Shown here: positions 39,803 to 60,406 of the stretch, piece by piece | Numbering within the stretch: position 1 is the stretch's first letter | Layout of the letters: each line of letters begins with the position of its first letter | Assembly: GCF_009914755.1 (NCBI RefSeq) | Contig: NC_060948.1 | Direction: 5' to 3' (one strand) | Source: the human T2T-CHM13v2.0 reference genome, Homo sapiens | Length of the DNA stretch: 64,000 bases | The notes under the pieces: model-generated | Seen by the model: the letters and a program-made list of their open reading frames with translations, nothing else | The model's database searches: none | Told to the model about the DNA's origin: nothing | Program-made: the position numbers and the translations under genes

Positions 39803-41930
39803 AGATCCATATTTTTTAAATGAAAAAAAATTTCAAAGGTACTCTGCTTGGTACAATAATCAAATGTATAAACTGAGGAATAAAACATAACCATGAAACC
39901 TACTTATAACTGCATATGGAAAATACAGAGGATAATTTTTTAAATAACATATTTTGAAAGCCTTAACTAGTAATTTGAAGAGTTGGCATTTGAAAGGCCA
40001 GTATGAATATACCTTCAAAGCAGCAACACAGGTTCCCCATGAGAAAAAGCAAACACAGGGAAAATAAAAACACAAAGGTTCAATCTCTTCTGACCTTTGA
40101 AAGACACAGCACAGACAGTGGTCCTTAGGACGAAGAGCAGGAGACCCCTAATTCCGTCACCATGGCGATAGGGCATAAACATTGCTGGGTGAGGGCACAA
40201 TCCACATTGTGAGGTCCAACTGCTGCCAGGAAGACAGGAGTGCTTTTACATAGACCGAAAGGTCATTGAAGGCTCAGAGTTTTGTTTCAAGAACTGAATC
40301 CCAAGCCCACACGTTATTAGGCTGCGCTTCTTAAAACAAGTTATGAGATGGGAAAAAGGGCACCCACAAACATACGTATACATTATGTATATAATAATAT
40401 ACAGTATCATATATATAATATATATAACCTATGTATAATATTGTTTTACATCCTGCATCTTATGTTATATATATTGTATAAAATATAATAATTGATAATA
40501 TATAAGTTTTATAATTATACAATATGACATAGAGTATATATTATAATTTATGACATATATAATATATGTTATATATCATATATAGAATATATTATACGGT
40601 TAATATACGTATTAAATATAAATTATACATTATATATATTATATATAATATATCTGTTATATATAATACCCATTATGCATAATATATATATTATGTCTAT
40701 GTTATATATAGTATAAAACAACATATAATAATATATAATTGTATATATAAAATGCGACATATAATATATATTATATTTTATAACATATGTAATATATATT
40801 ATATATTATATATAATACGTTGTATGTATAATACCCATATTAAATATATATTATATGACTATGTTATTAATTACATGTCACATGTGTTATATATTATATA
40901 TTTTACATAGAATATACCGGTTACATACAATATATACTATGTTACCTATAATGTATAATTTATTACATGTAAAATAAAGAATGCAATATATTATGTATAA
41001 TTTATAATATACAATATGTGGAATGTGATATATATAACATATAATATATGATATATGATATACAGTATATGATATATAACATACAATATATGATACGTAA
41101 TATATATGGTATACAATATATATTTTATGATATGTATTCTATATGTTTTATATTCTGTTATATATAACTATTTGAAATTATATATAACTGTATAATATTT
41201 TATGTAAATATGTAATATAATATATATAACTATATAATATATTATATATAACTATATATTATGTTATATATACTTTTATAACATAATTTACATAAAATAT
41301 CATAATATAATATATACTATATTATTTCATATTACATAATATATATTACATATCACCCAATATAACTAACATACATAATATTATAATATAGATTATATTA
41401 TGTTATATTAAATATCATATATATCATGTATCATATATTCTATAATATATATTACACATTATATAATATGTATGTTGTCTATTATGTGATATATATAACT
41501 ATATATATAATTATATTTTTATACATATAACTAGATAAACATGTAATTCTATATATTTTCATTTATAATATGTAGAATTATATAATCATATATAATTATT
41601 TATATTCTATAAAAAATTTTATCATTATATAAATTATAATATATAAAAATTATAATATGTACTACAAATATATATATTATATATCATATATGCTATAGTA
41701 CCTTTGTTATATATCATAATACATATAAATGTGTATTATGTTATCTATAATTATATAATTTCATATATAAGTTGTATAATATGTATCATATATTATATAT
41801 GTTATGTAATATATATAGTATATATAAGATGACACAGGATAAATATTATATACTATGACATATAAAATATATCAGGTTATATGTTACATATACGGCATAG
41901 CACATAACATGTAATATATATCATATATAA

Positions 41931-42222
41931 TTTTTTTTTAGACAGAATCTTGTCCTGTTGCACAGGGTCGGGTACAATGGCGCTATGTTTGCTCACTGCA
42001 ACTTCTGCCTCACGGGTCCAAGCGATTGTCCTCACTCAGCCTCCCAGGTAGCTGGGACTACACCACACTGGGACTACACCAGATGCCACCATGCCTAGCT
42101 AATTTTTTGGATTTTTAGTAGTGACAGCGTTTCACTGTATTGGCCAGGATGGTCTTGATCTCTTCACCTTGTGATCCCCTTGACTTGGCCTCCAAATTTG
42201 CTGGGATTACAGGCCTGAGCCA
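41931..42222 (-). mobile_element. Alu in unit 18 (variant-rich)
   Basis: Same antisense Alu with several transversions shared with unit 21. Confidence 0.93.
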
Positions 42223-44325
42223 AGATCCATATTTTTTAAATGAAAAAAAATTTCAAAGGTACTCTGCTTGGTACAATAATCAAATGTATAAACTGAGGAA
42301 TAAAACATAACCATGAAACCTACTTATAACTGCATATGGAAAATACAGAGGATAATTTTTTAATTAACATATTTTGAAAGCCTTAACTAGTAATTTGAAG
42401 AGTTGGCATTTGAAAGGCCAGTATGAATATACCTTCAAAGCAGCAACACATGTTCCCCATGAGAAAAAGCAAACACAGGGAAAATAAAAACACAAAGGTT
42501 CAATCTCTTCTGACCTTTGAAAGACACAGCACAGACAGTGGTCCTTAGGACGAAGAGCAGGAGACCCCTAATTCCGTCACCATGGCGATAGGGCATAAAC
42601 ATTGCTGGGTGAGGGCACAATCCACATTGTGAGGTCCAACTGCTGCCAGGAAGACAGGAGTGCTTTTACATAGACCGAAAGGTCATTGAAGGCTCAGAGT
42701 TTTGTTTCAAGAACTGAATCCCAAGCCCACAGGTTATTAGGCTGCGCTTCTTAAAACGAGTTATGAGATGGGAAAAAGGGCACCCACAAACATACGTATA
42801 CATTATGTATATAATAATATACAGTATCATATATATAATATATATAACCTATGTATAATATTGTTTTACATCCTGCATCTTATGTTATATATATTGTATA
42901 AAATATAATAATTGATAATATATGTTTTATAATTATACAATATGACATATAGTATATATTATAATTTATGACATATATAATATATGTTATATGTCATATA
43001 TAGAATATATTATACGGTTAATATACGTATTAAATATAAATTATACATTATATATATTATACATAATATATCTGTTATATATAATACCCATTATGCATAA
43101 TATATATATTATGTCTATGTTATATATAGTATAAAACAACATATAATAATATATAATTGTATATATAAAATGCGACATATAATATATATTATATTTTATA
43201 ACATATGTAATATATATTATATATTATATATAATACGTTGTATGTATAATACCTATATTAAATATATATTATATGACTATGTTATTAATTACATGTCACA
43301 TGTGTTATATATTATATATTTTACATAGAATATACCGGTTACATACAATATATACTATGTTACCTATAATGTATAATTTATTACATGTAAAATAAAGAAT
43401 GCAATATATTATGTATAATTTATAATATACCATATGTGGAATGTGATATATATAACATATAATATATGATATATGATATACAGTATATGATATATAACAT
43501 ACAATATATGATTCCTAATATATATGGTATACAATATATATTTTATGATATGTATTCTATATGTTTTATATTCTGTTATATATAACTATTTGAAATTATA
43601 AATAACTGTATAATATTTTATGTAAATATGTAATATAATATATATAACTATATAATATATTATATATAACTATATATTATGTTATATATACTTTTATAAC
43701 ATAATTTACATAAAATATCATAATATAATATATATTATATTATTTCATATTACATAATATATATTACATATCACCCAATATAACTAACATACATAATATT
43801 ATAATATAGATTATATTGTGTTATATTAAATATCATATATATCATGTATCATATATTCTATAATATATATTACACATTATATAGTATGTATGTTGTCTAT
43901 TATGTGATATATATAACTATATATATAATTATATTTTTATACATATAACTAGATAAACATGTAATTCTACATATTTTCATTTATAATATGTAGAATTATA
44001 TAATCATATATAATTATTTATATTCTATAAAAAATTTTATCATTATATAAATTATAATATATAAAAATTATAATATGTACTACAAATATATATATTATAT
44101 ACCATATATGATATAGTACCTTTGTTATATTTCATAATACATATAAATGTGTATTATGTTATCTATAATTATATAATTTCATATATAAGATGTATAATAT
44201 GTATCATATATTATATATGTTATGTAATATATATAGTATATATAAGATGACACAGGATAAATATTATATACTATGACATATAAAATATATGAGGTTATAT
44301 GTTACATATAAGGCATAGCACATAA

Positions 44326-44640
<315 letters not shown>

Positions 44641-46745
44641 AGATCCATATTTTTTAAATGAAAAAAAATTTCAAAGGTACTCTGCTTGGTACAATAATCA
44701 AATGTATAAACTGAGGAATAAAACATAACCATGAAACCTACTTATAACTGCATATGGAAAATACAGAGGATAATTTTTTAAATACCATATTTTGAAAGCC
44801 TTAACTAGTAATTTGAAGAGTTGGCATTTGAAAGGCCAGTATGAATATTCCTTCAGAGCAGCAACACAGGTTCCCCATGAGAAAAAGCAAACTCAGGGAA
44901 AATGAAACCACAAAGGTTCAATCTCTTCTGACCTTTGAAAGACACAGCACAGACAGTGGTCCTTAGGACGAAGAGCAGGAGACCCCTAATTCCGTCACCA
45001 TGGCGATAGGGCATAAACATTGCTGGGTGAGGGCACAATCCACATTGTGAGGTCCAACTGCTGCCAGGAAGACAGGAGTGCTTTTACATAGACCGAAAGG
45101 TCATTGAAGGCTCAGAGTTTTGTTTCAAGAACTGAATCCCAAGCCCACACGTTATTAGGCTGCGCTTCTTAAAACAAGTTATGAGATGGGAAAAAGGGCA
45201 CCCACAAACATACGTATACATTATGTATATAATAATATACAGTATCATATACATAATATATATAACCTATGTATAATATTGTTTTACATCCTGCATCCTA
45301 TGTTATATATATTGTATAAAATATAATAATTGATAATATATAAGTTTTATAATTATACAATATGACATATAGTATATATTATAATTTATGACATATATAA
45401 TATATGTTATATATCATATATAGAATATATTATACGGTTAATATACGTATTAAATATAAATTATACATTATATATATTATATATAATATATCTGTTATAT
45501 ATAATACCCATTATGCATAATATATATATTATGTCTATGTTATATATAGTATAAAACAACATATAATAATATATAATTGTATATATAAAATGCGACATAT
45601 AATATATATTATATTTTATGATATATGTAATATATATTATATATTATATATAATACGTTGTACGTATAATAACTATATTAAATATATATTATATGACTAT
45701 GTTATTAATTACATGTCACATGTGTTATATATTATATATTTTACATAGAATATACCGGTTACATACAATATATACTATGTTACCTATAATGTATAATTGA
45801 TTACATGTAAAATAAAGAATGCAATATATTATGAATAATTTATAATATACAATATGTGGAATGTGATATATATAACATATAATATATGATATATGATATA
45901 CAGTATATGATATATAACATACAGTATATGATACCTAACATATATGGTATACAATATATATTTTGTGATATGTATTCTATATGTTTTATATTCTGTTGTA
46001 TATAACTATTTGAAATTATATATAACTGTATAATATTTTATGTAAATATGTAATATAATATATATAACTAGATAATATATTATATATAACTATATATTAT
46101 GTTATATATACTTTTATAACATAATTTACATAAAATATCATAATATAATATATATTATATTATTTCATATTACATAATATATCTTACATATCACCCAATA
46201 TAAGTAACATACATAATATTATAATATAGATTATATTATGTTATATTAAATATCATATATATCATGTATCATATATTCTATAATATATATTATACATTAT
46301 ATAATATGTATGTTGTCTATAATGTGATATATATAACTATATATATAATTATATTATTATACATATAACTAGATAAACATGTAATTCTACATATTTTCAT
46401 TTATAATATATAGAATTATATAACCATATATAATTATTTATATTCTATAAAATATTATATCATTATATAAATTATAATATATAAAAATTATAATATGTAC
46501 TACAAATATATATATTATATATCATATATGATATAGTACCTTTGTTATATATCATAATACATATAAATGTGTATTATGTTATCTATAATTATATAATTTC
46601 ATATATAAGATGTATAATATGTATCATATATTATATATGTTATGTAATATATATAGTATACATAAGATGACACAGGATAAATATTATATACTATGACATA
46701 TAAAATATATGAGGTTATATGTTACATATAAGGCATAGCACATAA

Positions 46746-47060
<315 letters not shown>

Positions 47061-49183
47061 AGATCCATATTTTTTAAATGAAAAAAAATTTCAAAGGTAC
47101 TCTGCTTGGTACAATAATCAAATGTATAAACTGAGGAATAAAACATAACCATGAAACCTACTTATAACTGCATATGGAAAATACAGAGGATAATTTTTTA
47201 AATACCATATTTTGAAAGCCTTAACTAGTAATTTGAAGAGTTGGCATTTGAAAGGCCAGTATGAATATTCCTTCAGAGCAGCAACACAGGTTCCCCATGA
47301 GAAAAAGCAAACTCAGGGAAAATAAAAACACAAAGGTTCAATCTCTTCTGACCTTTGAAAGACACAGCACAGACAGTGGTCCTTAGGACGAAGAGCAGGA
47401 GACCCCTAATTCCGTCACCATGGCGATAGGGCATAAACATTGCTGGGTGAGGGCACAATCCACATTGTGAGGTCCAACTGCTGCCAGGAAGACAGGAGTG
47501 CTTTTACATAGACCGAAAGGTCATTGAAGGCTCAGAGTTTTGTTTCAAGAACTGAATCCCAAGCCCACACGTTATTAGGCTGCGCTTCTTAAAACAAGTT
47601 ATGAGATGGGAAAAAGGGCACCCACAAACATACGTATACATTATGTATATAATAATATACAGTATCATATATATAATATATATAACCTGTATATAATATT
47701 GTTTTACATCCTGCATCTTATATTATATATATTGTGTAAAATATAATAATTGATAATATATAAGTTTTATATTTATACAATATGACATATAGTATATATT
47801 ATAATTTATGACATATATAATATATGTTATATATAATATATAGAATATATTATACGGTTAATATACGTATTAAATATAAATTATACATTATATATATTAT
47901 ATATAATATATCTGTTATATATAATACCCATTATACATAATATATATATTATGTCTATGTTTTATATAGTATAAACCAACATATAATAATATATAATTGT
48001 ATATATAAAATGTGACATATAATATATATTATATTTTATGACATATGTAACATGTATTATATATTATATATATTACGTTGTATGTATAATACCTATATTA
48101 AATATATATTATATGACGATGTTATTAATTACATGTCACATATGTTATATATTATATATTTTACATGGAATATACCGGTTACATATAATATATACTATGT
48201 TACCTATAATGTATAATTTATTACATGTAATATAATGAATGTCATATATTATATATAATTTATAATATACAATATGTGGAATGTGATATATATAACATAT
48301 ATGATATATGATATAAAGTATATGATATATAACATACAATATATGATACGTAATATATATGGTATACAATATATATTTTATGATATGTATTCTATATGTT
48401 TTATATTCTGTTATATATAACTATTTGAAATTATATATAACTGTATAATATTTTATGTAAATATGTAATATAATATATATAACTATATAATATATTATAT
48501 ATAACTATATATTATGTTATATATACTTTTATAACATAATTTACATAAAATATCATAATATAATATATACTATATTATTTCATATTACATAATATATATT
48601 ACATATCACCCAATATAACTAACATACATAATATTATAATATAGATTATATTATGTTATATTAAATATCATATATATCATGTATCATATATTCTATAATA
48701 TATATTACACATTATATAATATGTATGTTGTCTATTATGTGATATATATAACTATATATATAATTATATTTTTATACATATAACTAGATAAATATGTAAT
48801 TCTATATATTTTCATTTATAATATGTAGAATTATATAATCATATATAATTATTTATATTCTATAAAAAATTTTATCATTATATAAATTATAATATATAAA
48901 AATTATAATATGTTCTACAAATATATATATTATATATCATATATGCTATAGTACCTTTGTTATATATCATAATACATATAAATGTGTATTATGTTATCTA
49001 TAATTATATAATTTCATATATAAGTTGTATAATATGTATCATATATTATATATGTTATGTAATATATATAGTATATATAAGATGACACAGGATAAATATT
49101 ATATACTATGACATATAAAATATATCAGGTTATATGTTACATATACGGCATAGCACATAACATGTAATATATATCATATATAA

Positions 49184-49475
49184 TTTTTTTTTAGACAGAA
49201 TCTTGTCCTGTTGCACAGGGTCGGGTACAATGGCGCCATGTTTGCTCACTGCAACTTCTGCCTCACGGGTCCAAGCGATTGTCCTCACTCAGCCTCCCAG
49301 GTAGCTGGGACTACACCACACTGGGACTACACCAGATGCCACCATGCCTAGCTAATTTTTTGGATTTTTAGTAGTGACAGCGTTTCACTGTATTGGCCAG
49401 GATGGTCTTGATCTCTTCACCTTGTGATCCCCTTGACTTGGCCTCCAAATTTGCTGGGATTACAGGCCTGAGCCA
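49184..49475 (-). mobile_element. Alu in unit 21 (variant-rich)
   Basis: Near copy of the unit 18 Alu. Confidence 0.93.
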
Positions 49476-51578
49476 AGATCCATATTTTTTAAATGAAAAA
49501 AAATTTCAAAGGTACTCTGCTTGGTACAATAATCAAATGTATAAACTGAGGAATAAAACATAACCATGAAACCTACTTATAACTGCATATGGAAAATACA
49601 GAGGATAATTTTTTAATTAACATATTTTGAAAGCCTTAACTAGTAATTTGAAGAGTTGGCATTTGAAAGGCCAGTATGAATATACCTTCAAAGCAGCAAC
49701 ACATGTTCCCCATGAGAAAAAGCAAACACAGGGAAAATAAAAACACAAAGGTTCAATCTCTTCTGACCTTTGAAAGACACAGCACAGACAGTGGTCCTTA
49801 GGACGAAGAGCAGGAGACCCCTAATTCCGTCACCATGGCGATAGGGCATAAACATTGCTGGGTGAGGGCACAATCCACATTGTGAGGTCCAACTGCTGCC
49901 AGGAAGACAGGAGTGCTTTTACATAGACCGAAAGGTCATTGAAGGCTCAGAGTTTTGTTTCAAGAACTGAATCCCAAGCCCACAGGTTATTAGGCTGCGC
50001 TTCTTAAAACGAGTTATGAGATGGGAAAAAGGGCACCCACAAACATACGTATACATTATGTATATAATAATATACAGTATCATATATATAATATATATAA
50101 CCTATGTATAATATTGTTTTACATCCTGCATCTTATGTTATATATATTGTATAAAATATAATAATTGATAATATATGTTTTATAATTATACAATATGACA
50201 TATAGTATATATTATAATTTATGACATATATAATATATGTTATATGTCATATATAGAATATATTATACGGTTAATATACGTATTAAATATAAATTATACA
50301 TTATATATATTATACATAATATATCTGTTATATATAATACCCATTATGCATAATATATATATTATGTCTATGTTATATATAGTATAAAACAACATATAAT
50401 AATATATAATTGTATATATAAAATGCGACATATAATATATATTATATTTTATAACATATGTAATATATATTATATATTATATATAATACGTTGTATGTAT
50501 AATACCTATATTAAATATATATTATATGACTATGTTATTAATTACATGTCACATGTGTTATATATTATATATTTTACATAGAATATACCGGTTACATACA
50601 ATATATACTATGTTACCTATAATGTATAATTTATTACATGTAAAATAAAGAATGCAATATATTATGTATAATTTATAATATACAATATGTGGAATGTGAT
50701 ATATATAACATATAATATATGATATATGATATACAGTATATGATATATAACATACAATATATGATTCCTAATATATATGGTATACAATATATATTTTATG
50801 ATATGTATTCTATATGTTTTATATTCTGTTATATATAACTATTTGAAATTATAAATAACTGTATAATATTTTATGTAAATATGTAATATAATATATATAA
50901 CTATATAATATATTATATATAACTATATATTATGTTATATATACTTTTATAACATAATTTACATAAAATATCATAATATAATATATATTATATTATTTCA
51001 TATTACATAATATATATTACATATCACCCAATATAACTAACATACATAATATTATAATATAGATTATATTGTGTTATATTAAATATCATATATATCATGT
51101 ATCATATATTCTATAATATATATTACACATTATATAGTATGTATGTTGTCTATTATGTGATATATATAACTATATATATAATTATATTTTTATACATATA
51201 ACTAGATAAACATGTAATTCTACATATTTTCATTTATAATATGTAGAATTATATAATCATATATAATTATTTATATTCTATAAAAAATTTTATCATTATA
51301 TAAATTATAATATATAAAAATTATAATATGTACTACAAATATATATATTATATACCATATATGATATAGTACCTTTGTTATATTTCATAATACATATAAA
51401 TGTGTATTATGTTATCTATAATTATATAATTTCATATATAAGATGTATAATATGTATCATATATTATATATGTTATGTAATATATATAGTATATATAAGA
51501 TGACACAGGATAAATATTATATACTATGACATATAAAATATATGAGGTTATATGTTACATATAAGGCATAGCACATAA

Positions 51579-51893
<315 letters not shown>

Positions 51894-53998
51894 AGATCCA
51901 TATTTTTTAAATGAAAAAAAATTTCAAAGGTACTCTGCTTGGTACAATAATCAAATGTATAAACTGAGGAATAAAACATAACCATGAAACCTACTTATAA
52001 CTGCATATGGAAAATACAGAGGATAATTTTTTAAATACCATATTTTGAAAGCCTTAACTAGTAATTTGAAGAGTTGGCATTTGAAAGGCCAGTATGAATA
52101 TTCCTTCAGAGCAGCAACACAGGTTCCCCATGAGAAAAAGCAAACTCAGGGAAAATGAAACCACAAAGGTTCAATCTCTTCTGACCTTTGAAAGACACAG
52201 CACAGACAGTGGTCCTTAGGACGAAGAGCAGGAGACCCCTAATTCCGTCACCATGGCGATAGGGCATAAACATTGCTGGGTGAGGGCACAATCCACATTG
52301 TGAGGTCCAACTGCTGCCAGGAAGACAGGAGTGCTTTTACATAGACCGAAAGGTCATTGAAGGCTCAGAGTTTTGTTTCAAGAACTGAATCCCAAGCCCA
52401 CACGTTATTAGGCTGCGCTTCTTAAAACAAGTTATGAGATGGGAAAAAGGGCACCCACAAACATACGTATACATTATGTATATAATAATATACAGTATCA
52501 TATACATAATATATATAACCTATGTATAATATTGTTTTACATCCTGCATCCTATGTTATATATATTGTATAAAATATAATAATTGATAATATATAAGTTT
52601 TATAATTATACAATATGACATATAGTATATATTATAATTTATGACATATATAATATATGTTATATATCATATATAGAATATATTATACGGTTAATATACG
52701 TATTAAATATAAATTATACATTATATATATTATATATAATATATCTGTTATATATAATACCCATTATGCATAATATATATATTATGTCTATGTTATATAT
52801 AGTATAAAACAACATATAATAATATATAATTGTATATATAAAATGCGACATATAATATATATTATATTTTATGATATATGTAATATATATTATATATTAT
52901 ATATAATACGTTGTACGTATAATAACTATATTAAATATATATTATATGACTATGTTATTAATTACATGTCACATGTGTTATATATTATATATTTTACATA
53001 GAATATACCGGTTACATACAATATATACTATGTTACCTATAATGTATAATTGATTACATGTAAAATAAAGAATGCAATATATTATGAATAATTTATAATA
53101 TACAATATGTGGAATGTGATATATATAACATATAATATATGATATATGATATACAGTATATGATATATAACATACAGTATATGATACCTAACATATATGG
53201 TATACAATATATATTTTGTGATATGTATTCTATATGTTTTATATTCTGTTGTATATAACTATTTGAAATTATATATAACTGTATAATATTTTATGTAAAT
53301 ATGTAATATAATATATATAACTAGATAATATATTATATATAACTATATATTATGTTATATATACTTTTATAACATAATTTACATAAAATATCATAATATA
53401 ATATATATTATATTATTTCATATTACATAATATATCTTACATATCACCCAATATAAGTAACATACATAATATTATAATATAGATTATATTATGTTATATT
53501 AAATATCATATATATCATGTATCATATATTCTATAATATATATTATACATTATATAATATGTATGTTGTCTATAATGTGATATATATAACTATATATATA
53601 ATTATATTATTATACATATAACTAGATAAACATGTAATTCTACATATTTTCATTTATAATATATAGAATTATATAACCATATATAATTATTTATATTCTA
53701 TAAAATATTATATCATTATATAAATTATAATATATAAAAATTATAATATGTACTACAAATATATATATTATATATCATATATGATATAGTACCTTTGTTA
53801 TATATCATAATACATATAAATGTGTATTATGTTATCTATAATTATATAATTTCATATATAAGATGTATAATATGTATCATATATTATATATGTTATGTAA
53901 TATATATAGTATACATAAGATGACACAGGATAAATATTATATACTATGACATATAAAATATATGAGGTTATATGTTACATATAAGGCATAGCACATAA

Positions 53999-54313
<315 letters not shown>

Positions 54314-56140
54314 AGATCCATATTTTTTAAATGAAAAAAAATTTCAAAGGTACTCTGCTTGGTACAATAATCAAATGTATAAAGTGAGGAATAAAACATA
54401 ACCATGAAACCTACTTATAACTGCATATGGAAAATACAGAGGATAATTTTTTAAATACCATATTTTGAAAGCCTTAACTAGTAATTTGAAGAGTTGGCAT
54501 TTGAAAGGCCAGTATGAATATTCCTTCAGAGCAGCAACACAGGTTCCCCATGAGAAAAAGCAAACTCAGGGAAAATGAAACCACAAAGGTTCAATCTCTT
54601 CTGACCTTTGAAAGACACAGCACAGACAGTGGTCCTTAGGACGAAGAGCAGGAGACCCCTAATTCCGTCACCATGGCGATAGGGCATAAACATTGCTGGG
54701 TGAGGGCACAATCCACATTGTGAGGTCCAACTGCTGCCAGGAAGACAGGAGTGCTTTTACATAGACCGAAAGGTCATTGAAGGCTCAGAGTTTTGTTTCA
54801 AGAACTGAATCCCAAGCCCACACGTTATTAGGCTGCGCTTCTTAAAACAAGTTATGAGATGGGAAAAAGGGCACCCACAAACATACGTATACATTATGTA
54901 TATAATAATATACAGTATCATATATATAATATATATAACCTGTATATAATATTGTTTTACATCCTGCATCTTATATTATATATATTGTGTAAAATATAAT
55001 AATTGATAATATATAAGTTTTATATTTATACAATATGACATATAGTATATATTATAATTTATGACATATATAATATATGTTATATATAATATATAGAATA
55101 TATTATACGGTTAATATACGTATTAAATATAAATTATACATTATATATATTATATATAATATATCTGTTATATATAATACCCATTATACATAATATATAT
55201 ATTATGTCTATGTTTTATATAGTATAAACCAACATATAATAATATATAATTGTATATATAAAATGTGACATATAATATATATTATATTTTATGACATATG
55301 TAACATGTATTATATATTATATATATTACGTTGTATGTATAATACCTATATTAAATATATATTATATGACGATGTTATTAATTACATGTCACATATGTTA
55401 TATATTATATATTTTACATGGAATATACCGGTTACATATAATATATACTATGTTACCTATAATGTATAATTTATTACATGTAATATAATGAATGTCATAT
55501 ATTATATATAATTTATAATATACAATATGTGGAATGTGATATATATAACATATATGATATATGATATAAAGTATATGATATATAACATACAATATATGAT
55601 ACGTAATATATATGGTATACAATATATATTTTATGATATGTATTCTATATGTTTTATATTCTGTTATATATAACTATTTGAAATTATATATAACTGTATA
55701 ATATTTTATGTAAATATGTAATATAATATATATAACTATATAATATATTATATATAACTATATTTTATGTTATATATACTTTTATAACATAATTTACATA
55801 AAATATAATAATATAAAATATATTATATTATTTCATATTACATAATATATATTCAATATCACCCAATATAAGTAACATACATACTATTAAAATATAGATT
55901 ATATTATGTTATATTAAATATCATATATATCATGTATCATATATTCTATAATATATATTATGCATTATATAATATGCATGTTGTCTATTATGTGATATAT
56001 ATAACTATATATATAATTGTATTATTATACATATAACTATATAAACATGTAATTCTATATATTTTCATTTATAATATATAGAATTATATAATCATAATTA
56101 TTTATATTCTATAAAAAATTATATCATTATATAAATTATA

Positions 56141-58017
<1,877 letters not shown>

Positions 58018-60114
58018 AGATCCATATTTTTTAAATGAAAAAAAATTTCAAAGGTACTCTGCTTGGTACAGTAATCAAATCTATAAACTGAGGAATAAAA
58101 CATAACCGTGAAACATACTTATAACTGCATATGGAAAATACAGAGTATAATTTTTTAAAATAACATATTTTGAAAGCCTTAACTAGTAATTTGAAGAGTT
58201 TGCATTTGAAAGGCCAGTATGAATATACCTTCAAAGCAGCAACACAGGTTCCAAATGAGAACAATCAAACTCAGGGAAAATAAAACCACAAATGTTCACT
58301 CTGTTCTGACCTTTGAAAAACACAGCACAGACAGTGGCACTTAGGACCAAGAGCAGGAGATCCCTAATCCCGTCACCATGGCGATAGGGCATAAACATTG
58401 CGGGGTGAGGGCACAATGCACATTGTGAGGTCCAATTGCTGCCAGGAAGACAGGAGTGCTTTTACATAGACCGAAAGGTCATTGAAGGCTCAGATTTTCG
58501 TTTCAAAAACTGAATCCCAAGCCCACACGTTATTATGCTGCGCTTCTTAAAACAAGTTATGAGAAGGGAAATAGGGCACCCACAACATACGTATATAGTA
58601 TGTATATAATAATATACACTATCATATATATAATATATATAACCTATGTATAATATTGTTTTACATCCTGCATCTTATATTATATATATTATATGTAATA
58701 TAATAATTGATAATATATAAGTTTATATTTATACAATATGACATATAATATATATTATATTTTATGACATATATAATATAGATTATATATCATATATAGA
58801 ATATACTATACGGTTAATATACGTATTAAATATATAATATACATTATATATATTATATCTACGTTATATATAACATTAACTATAGATAATATATATATTA
58901 TATCTATCTTATATATAATATAAAATAACAGATAATTATATATAATTGTATATATAAAATATGACATATAATATATATTATATTTTATGACATATATATC
59001 ATATATATTATATATTATATATAATATGTTGTATGTATAATACATATATTATATATATATTATAAGTCTAAATTATTAATTATATGTAATATATGTTATA
59101 TATTACATATTTTACATTTCATACACATGTTACATACAATATATACTATGTTACATGTTACCTAGAATTTATTATATATAATATAATGTATGTCATATAT
59201 TATATATACTTTATAGTATGCAATATGTGGAATGTGATATATATAACATGTAATATATGATATATGATATACGATATATGATATATAATATACAATATAT
59301 GATACATTTTATATATGGTATACAATATATATTTTATGATATATATTATATATGTTTTATATTATATTATACATAACCATTTAATTATATATAATTCTAT
59401 AATACTGTAGGTAAATATATAATATAATACATATAACCATATATTATGTTATTTATAATTTTATTACGTACATTCAATAATATATCATAATATAATATAT
59501 ATTATATTATATTATTTTATATTACATAATATATATTATATATCACATAGTATGTGTTACATACATAATATTTAAATATATATTACATTGTGATACATTA
59601 AATATTATATATATTATGTATGCTATACTGTATAATATATATTATATATTATATAATATGCAGGGTGTCTATTATATGATATATATTATAATATATATAA
59701 TTATATTATACATATAACGATATAAATATGTAATTATATTTAACATTATTTATATTACATATAGTTATATAATCATATATAATAATTTATATTATAAAAA
59801 TAATTATATCATTATATAAATTAGAGTATATATAAATTATAATATGTGATAAATAATATATATTATATATCATATATGATATAGCATATATGTTATATAT
59901 CATATTATATATCAATTTACGTTATGATATCTATAATTATATATTTTCATATATAAGATGTATAATATGAATTATATATTATATATGTTATTAAATATAT
60001 ACTTTATATAAAATGACACAGGATAAATGTTATATATTATGACATATGATATATATGCGGTTATATATTATATATGAAGCATATTACCTAACATATAATA
60101 TATATCATATATAA

Positions 60115-60406
<292 letters not shown>

